Counted from the first letter of the stretch, positions 12,301-24,706 are shown. The stretch is DNA of 64,000 nt from Saprolegnia diclina VS20 (GCF_000281045.1 NW_008246080.1:439672-503671), one strand, 5' to 3'. Notes: a model not told the origin generated them from the letters alone. A program made the numbers and translations.

Positions 12301-12760
12301 CTTTGTTTCTTGAGAGAATCACAACTAAAAACCTCGTCGCCATAGCGGGCAGGCGCAAACCATTGGCTGTCGCCTCCACTCCTTTTCCTCCACCAATGAA
12401 TGGCACCCTCGCTACAAGAACACTCGCCAATTACAAGCACATTTGTCCGGATACCGCCGCATACCAACACTATTTCCGACACGCCGGCGGTCCGCAGTTG
12501 CTTGCTGACCTCACCGATCGCACGAGGACGAGGATGGCAGGACGCTCCATCCTGATACCGATGCAGTCGCGAGCCCATCAATAGCTATGCCAACTAGCTA
12601 AGCTGTAGGCCACGCGCCTTCTTGTGCACCAGTTGGCGATGCTTGCGTGCGTTACCAGGTACGATCAACGTCAAGGGACGGCCATGGCCCATTCCAGCAG
12701 GCTAGCTGGCCCTTAGCCTCGTATAGGACGAGGATTACGCAGTGTGGGAACTGAAGAGCG

Positions 12761-13184
12761 TCAAGTATGATGGTCTTGCTGCGGTGAGGTGGATGGGCTG
12801 GACGGTGCTGGCAGCTCGAGCTTCCGTCGCCAGCGTTGCTCTTCTTGCACTCTACGAGCCAATACGTGGTTGATCGAAGCGTCGCCTGAATGCTGGCAAC
12901 GACTGCGATAGCATCCGTAGGCTAGCAGGATACATGTAGGTGGGCCGTCGACATGGCTCTTCATGCAATGTGTGCACTCGGGCAAGAACATGTCCTGTGC
13001 GTTGCCGGCTTGGTAGCCCTTGCTCTAGACTCACATGACGAGGACGGTGTACTAGACACCTCTGCGAGATGCTGCAATAGCGAGCGATGACTATGGTTGC
13101 TTGGTCGTTACCATCACGACGGCGTTCCGCTGCGGCGTCCGCTCCTTGCTCGTCAGCAGTCAATTGGTCGCTGTGGGTCGCCAT
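12761..13184 (-). CDS. Possible small multi-exon hypothetical gene
   Basis: Exon-like pieces (MATHSDQLTADEQ..., MFLPECTHCMKSH..., RRVQEEQRWRRKLE) separated by candidate short introns. No recognisable domain. Confidence 0.25.
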
Positions 13185-13226
13185 TTGCGACCGCCGCACA
13201 CTATTTTCCGTCGTCGAGCAATAGCG

Positions 13227-13852
13227 ATGGATCCCCAGCGCAAGACGGCTATCCGACAGCTCGTCGTCGCGGCCGCCAAGGCCAAGTTCCAAGCGCGGCC
13301 CGACGCGGCCGCAGTGAGCATCGCGCCGTACAGTCCATCGCCGATGGCCATGGTGCACGGCGTCTGGGACCGCTTGGCGCCGATGATGTCGGGCCATGAC
13401 CACGTGGTCGAGCTCGGATGTGGCGACGGCCGTTGGATCCTCGAGGGCGTCAAGCGCTTTGGCTGCAGCGCAATGGGCGTCGAGTGGGATCCGCAGGTGG
13501 CGCAGCGTGCAAAGGCGCAGGCAGCCACGGTTTCCGGCGCGATCGACATTCGGGTTGAAGACATGCTCGCGCCGTCTTTTCGTCTCCCGGCGCGCACGAC
13601 GCTCGTCATTGTCTACGCGTTCACCGAGACGCTCAATATGAACGTCAAGGCGCTCCTCGCGCAGTGCGATCGCGGGACCAAGGTTCTCTCGGTGGGCGTA
13701 CGTTGTCCTCGATGTGGTGCAACACATCACAAGTCGCGTAGTTTCGCGTGCACGGGTGGCAGCCGCAATGGACACTGCGCTTTACAGGACTCAACTGCTA
13801 CTATTACGAACTCGCCGGCCACGACGCCGGTATCGGCGACTCTAAGCGGTGA
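13227..13852 (+). CDS. Class I SAM-dependent methyltransferase (FAM173/ANTKMT-like); intron 13698-13741
   Basis: APYSPSP, VVELGCGDGR and GVEWD motifs. Splicing restores VLSVGFRVHGW. Confidence 0.85.
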
Positions 13853-15722
13853 ATCAACTGCATGTTTTCACGCCGCAGCGCCGCCATCCTACACACCGCT
13901 CTTGCTCGCGTAGTAAGTCGACGCTTATACCGTTGGGAGAGAGAGCTTGCGTCCTTCTGCGCTTCGAGCTTGCGCTCTTCTTCGTCGGCGAGCCGGTCGT
14001 GCGTCTCGGCGAGCTCCCTACAGCGATCGCACCCATACAAACGGCCATATAGAAAGGACATGCAACACGTACCGCCGCAGCTTGGTCAGGCTGCGCTCCT
14101 TGGCTTCCAACACGCCTTCTTGGTCTCGCAGCATCCCCACTAACCGCTGCACTTCGCTTGTGAGGGTGCGAATGGTGTCCTTGAGACCCTAACGACAGAA
14201 CGATGTACAGTATGTAAATACTTGCACCGAAGCGCCAACCTCGGCGTTGAGCGTCAACTGCTCCACAGTGGCCTCGGCTTTGGCGCAGCGTGTCGAGAGT
14301 ACGTGCGTGTCGTTCGTGGTGCGCTGCAGCTGCTGCTTGAGCGTCCAACACGCCATGTCGGTGTCGCGCAGGCGCTGTTCGAGGGCATTGAGGCTCTCGT
14401 GGTCGCGGGCCTGCACACATTGTCTTCGCTTCGTAGACTAGAAACGGTCGTAGGATATTACTTGCGTAGCGAGAGCCGCCTCGCGGTCGTTTTGGAGGTC
14501 GAGGACCAAGATTCGATTATCAGCGACCACCGACGTGCGCATCTTGATCTCCATCTGCAAGCCCATGAAGTGAATTCTCACACATTAGGTACCTGGAGCT
14601 GCCCTTGGAGTACAATGTTGGCTTGCGCGCCTTCGTCCAGCTGCGCGTGGAGTTGGCGGTTCCTACAACCGGTTCATTGAAGGGCAGAGAGTGGGATCGA
14701 ACGCACGTCTGCTGCAACGTCTCGACCGTCGCCTCGGCGAGCACCTTGGCGGCATCAACCGCTTCCAGTCGCGTGCTCAGGTCGTGAATCGTTTTGCGAT
14801 TCATGTCCTACGCGTGAGCCGTGCGTTTGCGTCACAATGACACATTGTACATTTTGAAATTGCATCTGTTGCATCCGCTGGTCCCACTACCGCCATCCTC
14901 ATCAGAATCCTTCGGAAGTGACAGAACGTACGTCCTCTTTGTGTGCCGTCCACGCCCGGAGCTGCTGGTCGTGCTCGATCTCGAACGCTGTACGGGCAGC
15001 ATCAAGGCTCTTGATCCGGGCGACGAGGTCGTCCAGCTGCCGCGTCAACGCCGCCGAGCCGTCTTCCACGCGTTTCCAGTGGTGTTCACGCTCGCTAGGC
15101 GCAGATTTTGACCATTAGCAAGCTATTATGGTTGTACCGGCACCACGCCATCAAGCTCGCTCGCTCGTCGGTCGCGCGTCGAAGCTTCTCGTACTGCGTC
15201 TCGATGAGGGTCTGATGACAGCACTGAGTTCCATGCCGCTGTCGTTGGTACCAAGCACCTGCATCTCGTTAACTTGGTTTTCCAAGCACGCAGTTTCGGT
15301 CGCGGCATTGCTTAGCTGCGTTGTCACGTCGGCTACTTGCGCGGCGAGTGTGGACACCTTGTCTTCGTAGAACGCCTTGAGCTATGGAACGTTCAAGTCG
15401 AAAGCGCCATGTATGTGCGTACTTGATGGAGCTGCTGTGCCAGCGCGTCGTCGGCATCGGGATGCTCGGGCAGCGGACCCTGGACGCCGCTCACTTGCCG
15501 GTTCACGACGCGCTTGAAGAGGTTTGCAGGCTGGTTGGCAGGTGCTACATCCGCCTCACTTGACACTGCCATGGAGGAGACGACGACCATACGTTTTGGT
15601 GTGCTCCGAGACGGGGACGGGACCGACTTGGTTGCGTCTTGGCGCAAGTTCTGGCGCAGTCGGCAGATCTCTTGTCGATCCAGCACCATGCGATCGTTTC
15701 GAGATCGCCAAGCTGACAACAT
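13804..15722 (-). CDS. Coiled-coil hypothetical protein, multi-exon
   Basis: A chain of heptad-rich exons (e.g. LNALEQRLRDTD, IHDLSTRLEAVD, LAETHDRLADEEERKLE) with GT-AG boundaries. Start is uncertain. Confidence 0.6.
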
Positions 15723-15914
15723 GTGTTGCAGAACCGGTTCATTGAGCCGGTTCGCACGGCTGGCTTCAACAGCTTGAAGTGCCCATAGTCACTGCCACCG
15801 AAACGCTCACACAAGCATATTTATCGTGGCAGCTCCATTTACACTAGAGTAGCATCGTACACGACAGGTACCCACTCTATCCAAGCACCCTTCAGGAGGC
15901 TTGAGGCAGGCCAC

Positions 15915-18900
15915 CTACGTGGCGTCTCGGCTGGTGCCCGAGGTCGCTTTGGACTTGACGTGCACGAGTTGGCTCTTTTTGATCGCTTGATCAATCGCAG
16001 ACAAGTTGTCCAACGGCAGTGCATACATCGCCGGCGTAAACAAAGCGTGTGCCGACGGTATCGCTGGCACGCTCGGTTGCGTGAGCGTAAACGTTCGCCA
16101 CGTCTTGATGTCGAGGCCGTAATAGCTCCCGTTGTAGCGCACCGAGACGAGTCCATTGAGGGCGGCGGACGCGCGGTCGAGGCAGTAGACATCCTTGTAA
16201 ATCCACTTGGCGCTCAGAAAAAGGTACTTGGCGCCGGCGTAGAGCAGGAGCGACTCGGCGTGGTTCTTTGGCGGCTTGCGCACGAGCCAGCGCATAAAGC
16301 CAAACGTTGCGACGTTCAAGACGCCGACCAACAACACGAGTAGGGCGACGCGGCTTCTGACGCCAATGACGACGTCGCCGCCCGTGCACACGATTTGAAA
16401 GTCGACTTGCGCGATGTCACACGCACGGCCGAGCGACGCGGTGTGCGTCACGGGCGACACCATACTTAGGAGTGCGGTCGTGCCGGTCACGAGAAGCCCG
16501 TTGGGTGTCACGTACAGCGCTGTGTGTTCTTTGGTCCAAATCATCAAGACGTCGTTGACGATGGCGACGAGCCACGACACTTCGCTGGCCGCCAGACACG
16601 TCTTGTACCAGGGTACATCGGTCGAGTGAAGGTAGCTCATACTGCCCGCCACTTGGAGGTCCAGGGACCCGGTGCAGAGCACGGCCATGGCCGTGAGCGA
16701 CCGCAGAAAGAGCAGCGGGCGACCGACCCAGACGATGCCGCCGACACGACTGAGCTCAAGCATGTTCATGCCCTCGACATGCCCTCTCGACGCAAGAATG
16801 TAGACGCAGGCCAAGATCGCAACCGAGAGAACGACGAGCGTCACGTACATGGCGCCAGTCCGAGCGTACGTGGCCATCGTGGTTGGGATCTCCCACGGCG
16901 CGACGCCTTGCTGGAGCGGCAGCAATTGGTCCGTCAGAAGCGTGATGCTGCCGACGTCACCGTCGAACGCCACGACTTCGCGAAAGCCTTGGAGCCACTC
17001 GGCCACGTAGCACCACGCAAAGAATGCAAAGTTGGCGTCACTCGGGTTGAAGAGTGGGAGCTGCGACCACGTGAGTGGCGACGTCTTGTTGGTGCGCGTC
17101 AGCTGCAAGAGCGAGATATCAAGCGCCGTTGTCGCAGCGATCGCGGCAGCCACCTCGGGTGCCCAGTCGATGGAAGGCAGGTAGGTGTCGAGGTACGACC
17201 TGGCGCCACGAAGGTAGTCGGGACACGCCTTGTACCCGCTGGTATCGGCAGCGCAGATAGCAGTGATGGGACTGGCAGGAGTGATACCCGAGAGGAGTAG
17301 TGCAAACACCACCTGCTCTCGTGATGGCGTCAGCTTTGCTTGTGCTCCTGTTGAACTCGAGCACCGCGCACTGTAGGAAAGCAGGTTGACTAGGCCCGTC
17401 GTCAGCGCAAGTCCGCTTGAGCTTCCTAGCTCGGGACAGAGCGGCGACCCGCCGTACGACAGCAGCTTGGCACTCAGCCACGGCTGCGGGACGGGGTACA
17501 TTGAGCCAGGCACATAGATACTCATGTATGCCGACTGACTCTGGTTGGAGCTCAGCGCGCTGCTTCGAAGAGCGCTAAAGACGTGCAAAAGAAGCCGCTG
17601 GGCCGACGCCGGTGCACGAACATAGCGCATGTCCATCGAGCCAAAGGGTCCAAGGACGCTTCGGACAAAGCTAAATCCAGCGCCAAACGGAGTCGAAATG
17701 GTCATGTTGGTCACGAGCACCGCCGCGAGCGACGTGTTGGCAAACGCAAAGCGGGCACTGGCGCGCAATAGCGAGAGACCGCCGATGCCACTGCTGTTGG
17801 TGCTCACAGCTGCCAGGTCGTTGGCGAGGGCCCAGTACGCCTTGAACGTCGTCTGCGCGCTGAACTGGTACGAGCCGTTGAGCGCTTGCAGCGTCAGCGC
17901 CGCTGTCGTGCTGTACGCCGACAAGACATTGTAGGAGCTGAGGAGACCCACTTGCTTGAAATTTTGCCACTGCACATCGTACGTTACGACGCCAAACGTG
18001 CGCCAGTAGGTCGCTTCATCCACAATCGACAAGGGATTCTCTGCTTGCATCTGGTGTAGCCAGCGCTGACCGTCCAAAGACGTCTGAAGGTCGTTGGCAA
18101 AAGCAATCTGGAAGGCGAAGCCCCAGCACGGCTGCCAGTCGTCCCAGTGGACATTGCGAAGCAGGCTCTCAAGGTAGACGGCGCCGTTGGTCGTCATGCG
18201 GGCACAGCGTTGCTGGCGCCGCGCCGAGTTGGCCATGGGCCACATCTGCTGAAAGTCGAGGAAGCAGTACTGCGTAAAGATCCACGGTGCGTGGGTGCAG
18301 GCGTCCATCGATCGCAGACCAGCAATGATAGCAGGTAGCGTGTTGAGCTGCGTGTGCTGGAGATGCGAGCCAAAGTTGGCGGCGGTTGTCACAAACACAT
18401 CTGGCGCGCCATACAGTAGCGTGGCCGAGATGTTACGCGTGTCGAGCGCCAACGATGCGTAGCTCGCGTTGAGATAGAGCTGTTCGTTGTACCAATTTGC
18501 GAGGAAAGCGTGGGCGCCCGTGCTGTTGAAATTGGCCCACCACAGGTCGTTGGCCAAGTTGACTTGGGAGACACTGAGGTACGAGAGCGACCCGACGATC
18601 GTAGCCGTCATGTAGACGAGACCCGCGAGCGCCAAGGGTCGATCCCAGCTGTGACGCTCGAGGGGCGAGTTGGCCGAGAGCAGCAACAACGATCCGGACG
18701 GTGTCGTGCTCTTCAGTGGCGTCGTCTCGTTGACAGTCGTCGTCTTGCCCGACTGGTACACGGACACGGTGTCCTTGACGACGAGCCACGACTTGAGGTC
18801 GAACGTAAAGTGTTTTCGGTGGAGCGTGAAGGGCACGAGACCCGCCATGATGCACGAGACGCGGTCGATCGCCCAGACGTTTGTGTCGCCCATCGTCGTA

Positions 18901-21356
18901 AAAAAAGCGTTGGTTGCCGACGAGATGAGGAACGGCGTCGTATCCGACCTGTCCTCGTGACTGATGCGGCGTACGTGCAAGGCGAGTGCTGTCATCCCGA
19001 GTGCAAGCCCGACCACAAGCAGTTGCAGCCATAACAAGAGCGTGATGCGGTCGGTGCTGCCCACCTCGACGACGCCGCTCGTACACGAGAGAAAGTAGTC
19101 GACGTCGGTGCTGCTGCACACTCGGTGCAGTGTCGCCGAGAGCTCGACTGGTGACGTTGCGTCCAGTACAATGTACAAAAGCCAGAGCGCGCAGCTACTG
19201 ATTGGCGCATAGTAGGCCGAGAGCCGGGGAACCACCAAGAGCAGAATGTCGTTGAGGACATATGTGATCCACGTCGCCTCGCCTGCGACGACGATCGTCT
19301 CGACCAGCGTCCGGGGCGTCGACGCAAACCGCGTGCCTTGGCTCGTTGCCATCAACGACACTTGGGCGGTGCTGAGCAGCAGCATGGCAGTGCCACCGCG
19401 CACAAGGAGCAGCGGGCGGCCGATCCAAACCGAGCCGACGACGCGGTTGAAGCGAAAGAGGTTGCGACCCACGAGGTGAAAGCCGCTGAGCGCACCGTAA
19501 AACGTGCAGAGCGACGCGACGAGCAGTAGGAGCACGCTCGTGTAGACGCAGAGGTAGTAGAAGACCTTGGTCGCTTGCTTGAGCTCGTTCGACGGCGTCG
19601 CCAACGTCGTCGGCGCGTACTCGTTGGAGATGAGGACGAGCGAGGCGACGTCGCCTTGAAATGATAACACTTCGCGCTTGCCATTCGCCCAGTCGAGAAG
19701 GAAGAGGTAGCCAAATACGCTCCAGGTCGGGTCCGAGAGCAGTTCATGCTGCAACAACACCCAGTTGCCGCTGGTCACTTCCTTGGCGTACTGCATGAGA
19801 CTCACACCAAGCGGCGACACGCTGGGTGCAATTGCAGCCATCGCGGTCGTGGTGGTTGCTGAAAGGGATGGCAGCTGCGTCACGACGGCGCGCGCCGCTT
19901 CGATCGACGCGACACAAGCGGCTTGCGTCACGTTCTGCGAGGCGCACGTCGCTGTCGACGTGCGATCTTGTGACGCGACAAGACAGAAAAGCAGTGCATC
20001 CGGGGTGTGCGTGATTAGCAGCGGCTTGGGCGTCCCGCAGGCGTCGCTGTAGTCGAACGACTGCTGCACAAACGACCGGACGGCGTTGTTGGTGCACATG
20101 GGGTTGCCGCCGTAGAACGCGTAGCCAGGTGTCCACGCCGGCGGTACCGGGCGCGTCGACGTGATGGAGAGATTGGCGTACGCCGTCTGTACTGTGGACG
20201 AAGCGAGCGCGAGGTCGCACTGGAACGCTGCTATGGCGATCGCAATGGTCGGAGGTGGCGCCACGTAAAAGATGTCGACGCTAATGAACGGACCAACAGT
20301 CGAGCGAAAGACACTAATTTGGTTGACGCAGCGTCCAGGTGTCGGACACAGACCCTGGTATACCTCGAGGTCGATCGCGGCGCCATAGAGACTCGAGTTG
20401 GCTCCGAAAAAGGCGGGGGCTTGCCGCACCAAACTCCGAGGGGGTTTCTGAAATACAAAAATGTCGTTGAGGAAGCGCCAGTACATGATCATGGACGTCC
20501 ATGGTCCGTTGAGAAGCGGCGTGTTCTTGAGCTGAAACTGCTGCTGCATGCCGAGCGCGTTCTGGAGCAGCATGGTCTCGGTGACGCCTGGGCCGCGCTT
20601 GTTGCCCCACTGCAGCTGAAAGTACGAGAGATGGAAGGTCGACCAGCGCGCAATCTCGTCATCGATCGACGTGGTCGCTCGCGCGCTGGCGGTCGCGTCG
20701 AGCCACGCTTGGCCGCCGGGCAACGCCACCAAACCGTTTTGGATGGTGATGGTAAACTTGTTGCCGGCGCCGCCCCACATGGCCATAAAGTCGTCCCACA
20801 CCAGGTTGCGCAAGACACTCTCGAGGTACACGGCGCCGTTGGACGCATACTGCGTCTCGCACCGACGCTGGCGCTCGGGCGTGTGCGCGACCTCCCACCG
20901 CTTCTCAAAGTCGACCCAGCAGTACTGCGTCATCATGCGCGTGCTCCACGCCGCCGAGAGGTTCCGGAGGTTGCCGACTGCGTACGGCACCGAGACGCAC
21001 TCGGTGAGGATGACCTGGTTGACGTACGTCGGGTACACGCTCGTGTAGGCGACGGACGCGTCGTACTGCTTGCGGGTTATGGCGGCCGGGCCAAAGACGT
21101 CGAGAGCGCCTTGGGCGGTCGTGGTGAGTGCGATGTTGGCAATGTCGGCAAGGAACGACTGGTGGCCGGTGGTGTTGTAGTGGGCCCACCAGAGATCGTT
21201 TTGCATGCTGGGCGCGAGCATGTAGAGGTAAAAGACGCCAGTGGCGAGCGAGAGGTAGAGGTAGCCAAACCCGAGTAGCACTTCGAGTCGCTGGGCGCCA
21301 CTGAGGCGGTGCGGTGTACCCGACGACCCTGCCGGCGTGATGCGTTCCTTGGTCAT
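15915..21356 (-). CDS. Very large multi-pass membrane protein of unknown function with two tandem homologous modules (family recalled as expanded in Saprolegniales)
   Basis: Intronless ORF with probable start MTKERITP. Motifs NDLWWA.[YF]N.TG, TQYC..DF...W..A....RQ.RC, NGAVYLES.LRN and VW[IV]GRPLL..R each occur twice. Confidence 0.9.
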   Translation of the reverse strand: MTKERITPAGSSGTPHRLSGAQRLEVLLGFGYLYLSLATGVFYLYMLAPSMQNDLWWAHYNTTGHQSFLADIANIALTTTAQGALDVFGPAAITRKQYDASVAYTSVYPTYVNQVILTECVSVPYAVGNLRNLSAAWSTRMMTQYCWVDFEKRWEVAHTPERQRRCETQYASNGAVYLESVLRNLVWDDFMAMWGGAGNKFTITIQNGLVALPGGQAWLDATASARATTSIDDEIARWSTFHLSYFQLQWGNKRGPGVTETMLLQNALGMQQQFQLKNTPLLNGPWTSMIMYWRFLNDIFVFQKPPRSLVRQAPAFFGANSSLYGAAIDLEVYQGLCPTPGRCVNQISVFRSTVGPFISVDIFYVAPPPTIAIAIAAFQCDLALASSTVQTAYANLSITSTRPVPPAWTPGYAFYGGNPMCTNNAVRSFVQQSFDYSDACGTPKPLLITHTPDALLFCLVASQDRTSTATCASQNVTQAACVASIEAARAVVTQLPSLSATTTTAMAAIAPSVSPLGVSLMQYAKEVTSGNWVLLQHELLSDPTWSVFGYLFLLDWANGKREVLSFQGDVASLVLISNEYAPTTLATPSNELKQATKVFYYLCVYTSVLLLLVASLCTFYGALSGFHLVGRNLFRFNRVVGSVWIGRPLLLVRGGTAMLLLSTAQVSLMATSQGTRFASTPRTLVETIVVAGEATWITYVLNDILLLVVPRLSAYYAPISSCALWLLYIVLDATSPVELSATLHRVCSSTDVDYFLSCTSGVVEVGSTDRITLLLWLQLLVVGLALGMTALALHVRRISHEDRSDTTPFLISSATNAFFTTMGDTNVWAIDRVSCIMAGLVPFTLHRKHFTFDLKSWLVVKDTVSVYQSGKTTTVNETTPLKSTTPSGSLLLLSANSPLERHSWDRPLALAGLVYMTATIVGSLSYLSVSQVNLANDLWWANFNSTGAHAFLANWYNEQLYLNASYASLALDTRNISATLLYGAPDVFVTTAANFGSHLQHTQLNTLPAIIAGLRSMDACTHAPWIFTQYCFLDFQQMWPMANSARRQQRCARMTTNGAVYLESLLRNVHWDDWQPCWGFAFQIAFANDLQTSLDGQRWLHQMQAENPLSIVDEATYWRTFGVVTYDVQWQNFKQVGLLSSYNVLSAYSTTAALTLQALNGSYQFSAQTTFKAYWALANDLAAVSTNSSGIGGLSLLRASARFAFANTSLAAVLVTNMTISTPFGAGFSFVRSVLGPFGSMDMRYVRAPASAQRLLLHVFSALRSSALSSNQSQSAYMSIYVPGSMYPVPQPWLSAKLLSYGGSPLCPELGSSSGLALTTGLVNLLSYSARCSSSTGAQAKLTPSREQVVFALLLSGITPASPITAICAADTSGYKACPDYLRGARSYLDTYLPSIDWAPEVAAAIAATTALDISLLQLTRTNKTSPLTWSQLPLFNPSDANFAFFAWCYVAEWLQGFREVVAFDGDVGSITLLTDQLLPLQQGVAPWEIPTTMATYARTGAMYVTLVVLSVAILACVYILASRGHVEGMNMLELSRVGGIVWVGRPLLFLRSLTAMAVLCTGSLDLQVAGSMSYLHSTDVPWYKTCLAASEVSWLVAIVNDVLMIWTKEHTALYVTPNGLLVTGTTALLSMVSPVTHTASLGRACDIAQVDFQIVCTGGDVVIGVRSRVALLVLLVGVLNVATFGFMRWLVRKPPKNHAESLLLYAGAKYLFLSAKWIYKDVYCLDRASAALNGLVSVRYNGSYYGLDIKTWRTFTLTQPSVPAIPSAHALFTPAMYALPLDNLSAIDQAIKKSQLVHVKSKATSGTSRDAT

Positions 21357-21657
21357 CGAAAGTTGTTGTGTCCCTTGGCTTTTGGCTGTTTCGATTTTGG
21401 GCGCCAGTGTGTGTGATTGGCTACCGGATTGGCATGGTGCAAGGTGATTGGTGGAAAAGATTCTATGTGGACATGGATCCGGGGGTAGGGTACAATCTTG
21501 AAATAGTACGGTAGTGGTTTTGAAACTGCACTCCATCCAGAATTTGGACAACCAGAGTAGAGAGTCCCACTAGTCGATTTGCGGGCGGCGCTGGAGTTTG
21601 CATAAGTTGCGATACGAATCCATCGAAAAGTTAGAGGTATGTTTATAGTCTACATGA

Positions 21658-24309
21658 CTAAGCAGCAATATCACTCGTCGCCGGGGCGGTTGGAGTAGCG
21701 GCTGGAGCCTGTACGACCGGCAGCTGGTCCAGGATCGCGTGCATGTTTTTGATTTTGGCAACAAGGACATCTTGAACGCGTTTGATATGGTCGAGCTGTA
21801 GCATCATTTCAGCGCTCACTGCGCCCGTGCTCTCGGTGGTGGAAGGCTCGGTGGGCGGTGACGTTGCCCAGTTGAGCCGGTACCCGGGGGCCTTTGGTTT
21901 CGCCGACGATTTGCGCCGGACCTTGGGCTCCGAGCTGTCCGGTGTCCTCGTCGTGCTTGCAAATGCTGCACCATTCGCACGGGCTTTGGAGTAGTTGGCG
22001 AGCTTTTGCATCATTTTTGGAAAATGCACCAGTGCTAACCATGAGCAACATCAACCAACTTTGCGAAATCAGGAAAATCTCGTTATACCTTCCAGAAAGC
22101 GGACGCGCGAGAGCATGCGCAATTCGCAAAAGCACAGCGTGCGCACGGTGGCCATGCGCTTGCAATCGCGGTTGAGAATCGCCATTTCGCCTGATTGAAT
22201 CCTGTAAATTAGCATATTGTGTAGGGGTAGGGTACTCTACCAAAGTACTGGTTCTCCCCCAAGACGGTGAGTTGCATGCTGTCCTTGATGACTTCGACAG
22301 CGCCGCGGAAGATGAAGAACATTTCGTGGCCGAGCTCGCCCTCGACGCACACGTCTTCGAACGGCGCAAAGCAGATCATGCGCATGCTGAGCGCGAGGTC
22401 CATGATAAAATTGGGGTCGCTGCCCTTGAAAAAGGGAAATTTCCACAGAAAATGGTCGTTGATCGCGAGCGCAATCTTGGAGCGCAGCATCGCCGAGAGT
22501 TCGTTCAAGAGCTCTTGCTCCTGCTGCATGTCGTTTTCTTTCGACTTGCGTGCATTTTGAAAAAAATCCCGAATCTCATCGCGCAAATGTCGTGGCAGGT
22601 CCCGCGCCGCCATGTATTCATTGATTTCGTCCTACGAGCAGCCCGCATCAGTCGCAGTTTACGAATCATGTCGAGTCGAATTCGACGACCATTTTCTCTC
22701 GGAATGCCGTCTCGTGCGCTGTCAAGCTCGAAACGAGCGATACGATCTATCGTAGCCTTGAAATCGAGTCGATTGTCCAGTCGACAAGAGCCAACGCAAC
22801 CACGTACGTTGGTGATACCGTAGGCAAAGATACCCGCGCCAGCAAACATGGCGAAAATCGCAAAGCACCGCTCGTTGGGGCTAATACCCGACACTACATC
22901 TCCCATATCCCATCCATCCTTTGAAGAAGAGGCAAGTAGTACCATCCCCGTACCCCACTGTGGCGCTAGTCCACAACGAATTAAGCCAATTGCGACTTGA
23001 TCACCGGTACGTACAGTGTCATAATGGCCCAGTACAAGGCAGCGATATATTGGTCCCAGATCGTCATGTGGAGGAGGTCTTTGGCCTTGAGCCACGTGTT
23101 GACGGGCGGATCGCTGTAGTACGAGTCTTGGAACGACACCCAGAAAAAAATACACCTAAAAAAATTAACCACAAAAAACAAGAAACCACGAATTATCCCG
23201 TACGCAAACCAATGCGAGATGAAGAGAACTGTGAGGCAATAGCGGAAGAGACTGCTGATCGTCGACCGAATCAAAAGCGCGTGTTGCAGCCGGTTGAGAA
23301 TCCGCAGCATCCGGAAGAGTCGAAGCAGCCGAAGCAAGCGGAAGAGCTTGAGTGCTTTGGAGAGGACGGGGTCGGCGTCGCTGATGACGGCCGAGAACGG
23401 AAAGCTCGAGACCGCGTCGACGATGAACCACGACTTGAGATAGTCGCACACAATGACACTTCGATCAAAATGCACTTTGTTTTTGAGCTCGACCGCCGTG
23501 AAAAAGTTGCTCACCTACAAAGAAGACAATCTGTCGTTTCGCCTGTCGCTCGACGAGGGCGCACAATGTCGATCGCAAAGAAGACGTCGAGAACTTTGTC
23601 GATGAGGGCTTCGTTGTCACTTTCGGGCATGTTGGTCTCAAACGTCACTTGAAACTAGATGCCGTTGCTCGACGATCGCAGACGTAAAAAATAGCAATTA
23701 CCGGGACGACAAAGGCGTTGTAGAAGATCAAGACAATGCACACCACGTCCCAGCGCAGTCGTATCTTGCCGTGCGGATGCAGCACCCAGCGGTGGTGGAC
23801 CGGAATCAACTCCTTGGTGTCGACCACGCGCCTTGTGCCGTTGGGGCCAACTAGAAACACGACGGTGTGAGTCCGCCTCGTCACACACCGCTCGCACTTT
23901 TAAAGGCACTTTGCTTGGCCAGGCCCGTTGTCTTGGCCTTGAGCGCGGCTTCCAAATGCTCGTGTGTTTGCATTTCTTCTTGCGGCGTCATGGACACTTG
24001 AACCGGCGTCGCCGTCGTCGAGAGCGCAATCATGTCTCGACCCATATTGGGCGCCGAGGCCCGGAGCTCCTCTGTGATGTCGGCAGGTATTTCTGACTCA
24101 TCATCGTCGTCGTCGTTGGTCAACGGCGGCACCAAAACGGGTGCTTTGACGAGCCCAACCGAGAGCGCACGCGCGCTCCGGCCCATCTTGATGACGTGCA
24201 AGTGGCTCTCGCGGCGTGGATGAATCTCGGGGCGGGCCGATGGTGGCAGCGGCAAGCGCTGCCGGCAGCCGGTGCTGACAGCATCCAGTGTCGGACCGGT
24301 CGGATCCAT
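21658..24309 (-). CDS. Voltage-gated K+ channel with C-linker and cyclic-nucleotide-binding domain (EAG/HCN-like), multi-exon
   Basis: S4 LFRLLRLLRLFRMLR, pore YIAALYWAIMTLATVGYGD (spliced) and CNBD EGELGHEMFFIFRG..YFG. Confidence 0.92.
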
Positions 24310-24706
24310 CGACTGCGGAAATGAAACGGCACGGCGCTTCGGGCACCAATCGCGTGTCGAGAACGCCAAGTGCAAACACTGTTTGTACCACTGGCGCCAC
24401 GAGATTCTGTCTCGCGCGAGTCTTTGGCATACTCTGTCGGCCACATACCGGTACGGTATGTGCAGTCGATGGGATGGTTTGTCATTGTGTACGACTATGG
24501 TTGCGAAAACGCTCTAGTCAAAACAACCTTGGAACGCAGAAGCGGAGGACCTCTTCTCGCTGGTGCTGCTCCGTTCGCGCTGTAGCTCGGCCTCGTCTCG
24601 TACTCCATCATACAGCGTCAGCCCATTGAAATCTCAATACGAATAGTGCTCGAGAGTATTGCGGATGCGATAGACTCGATAGCAAATGCATATATGCACA
24701 TCGAGA

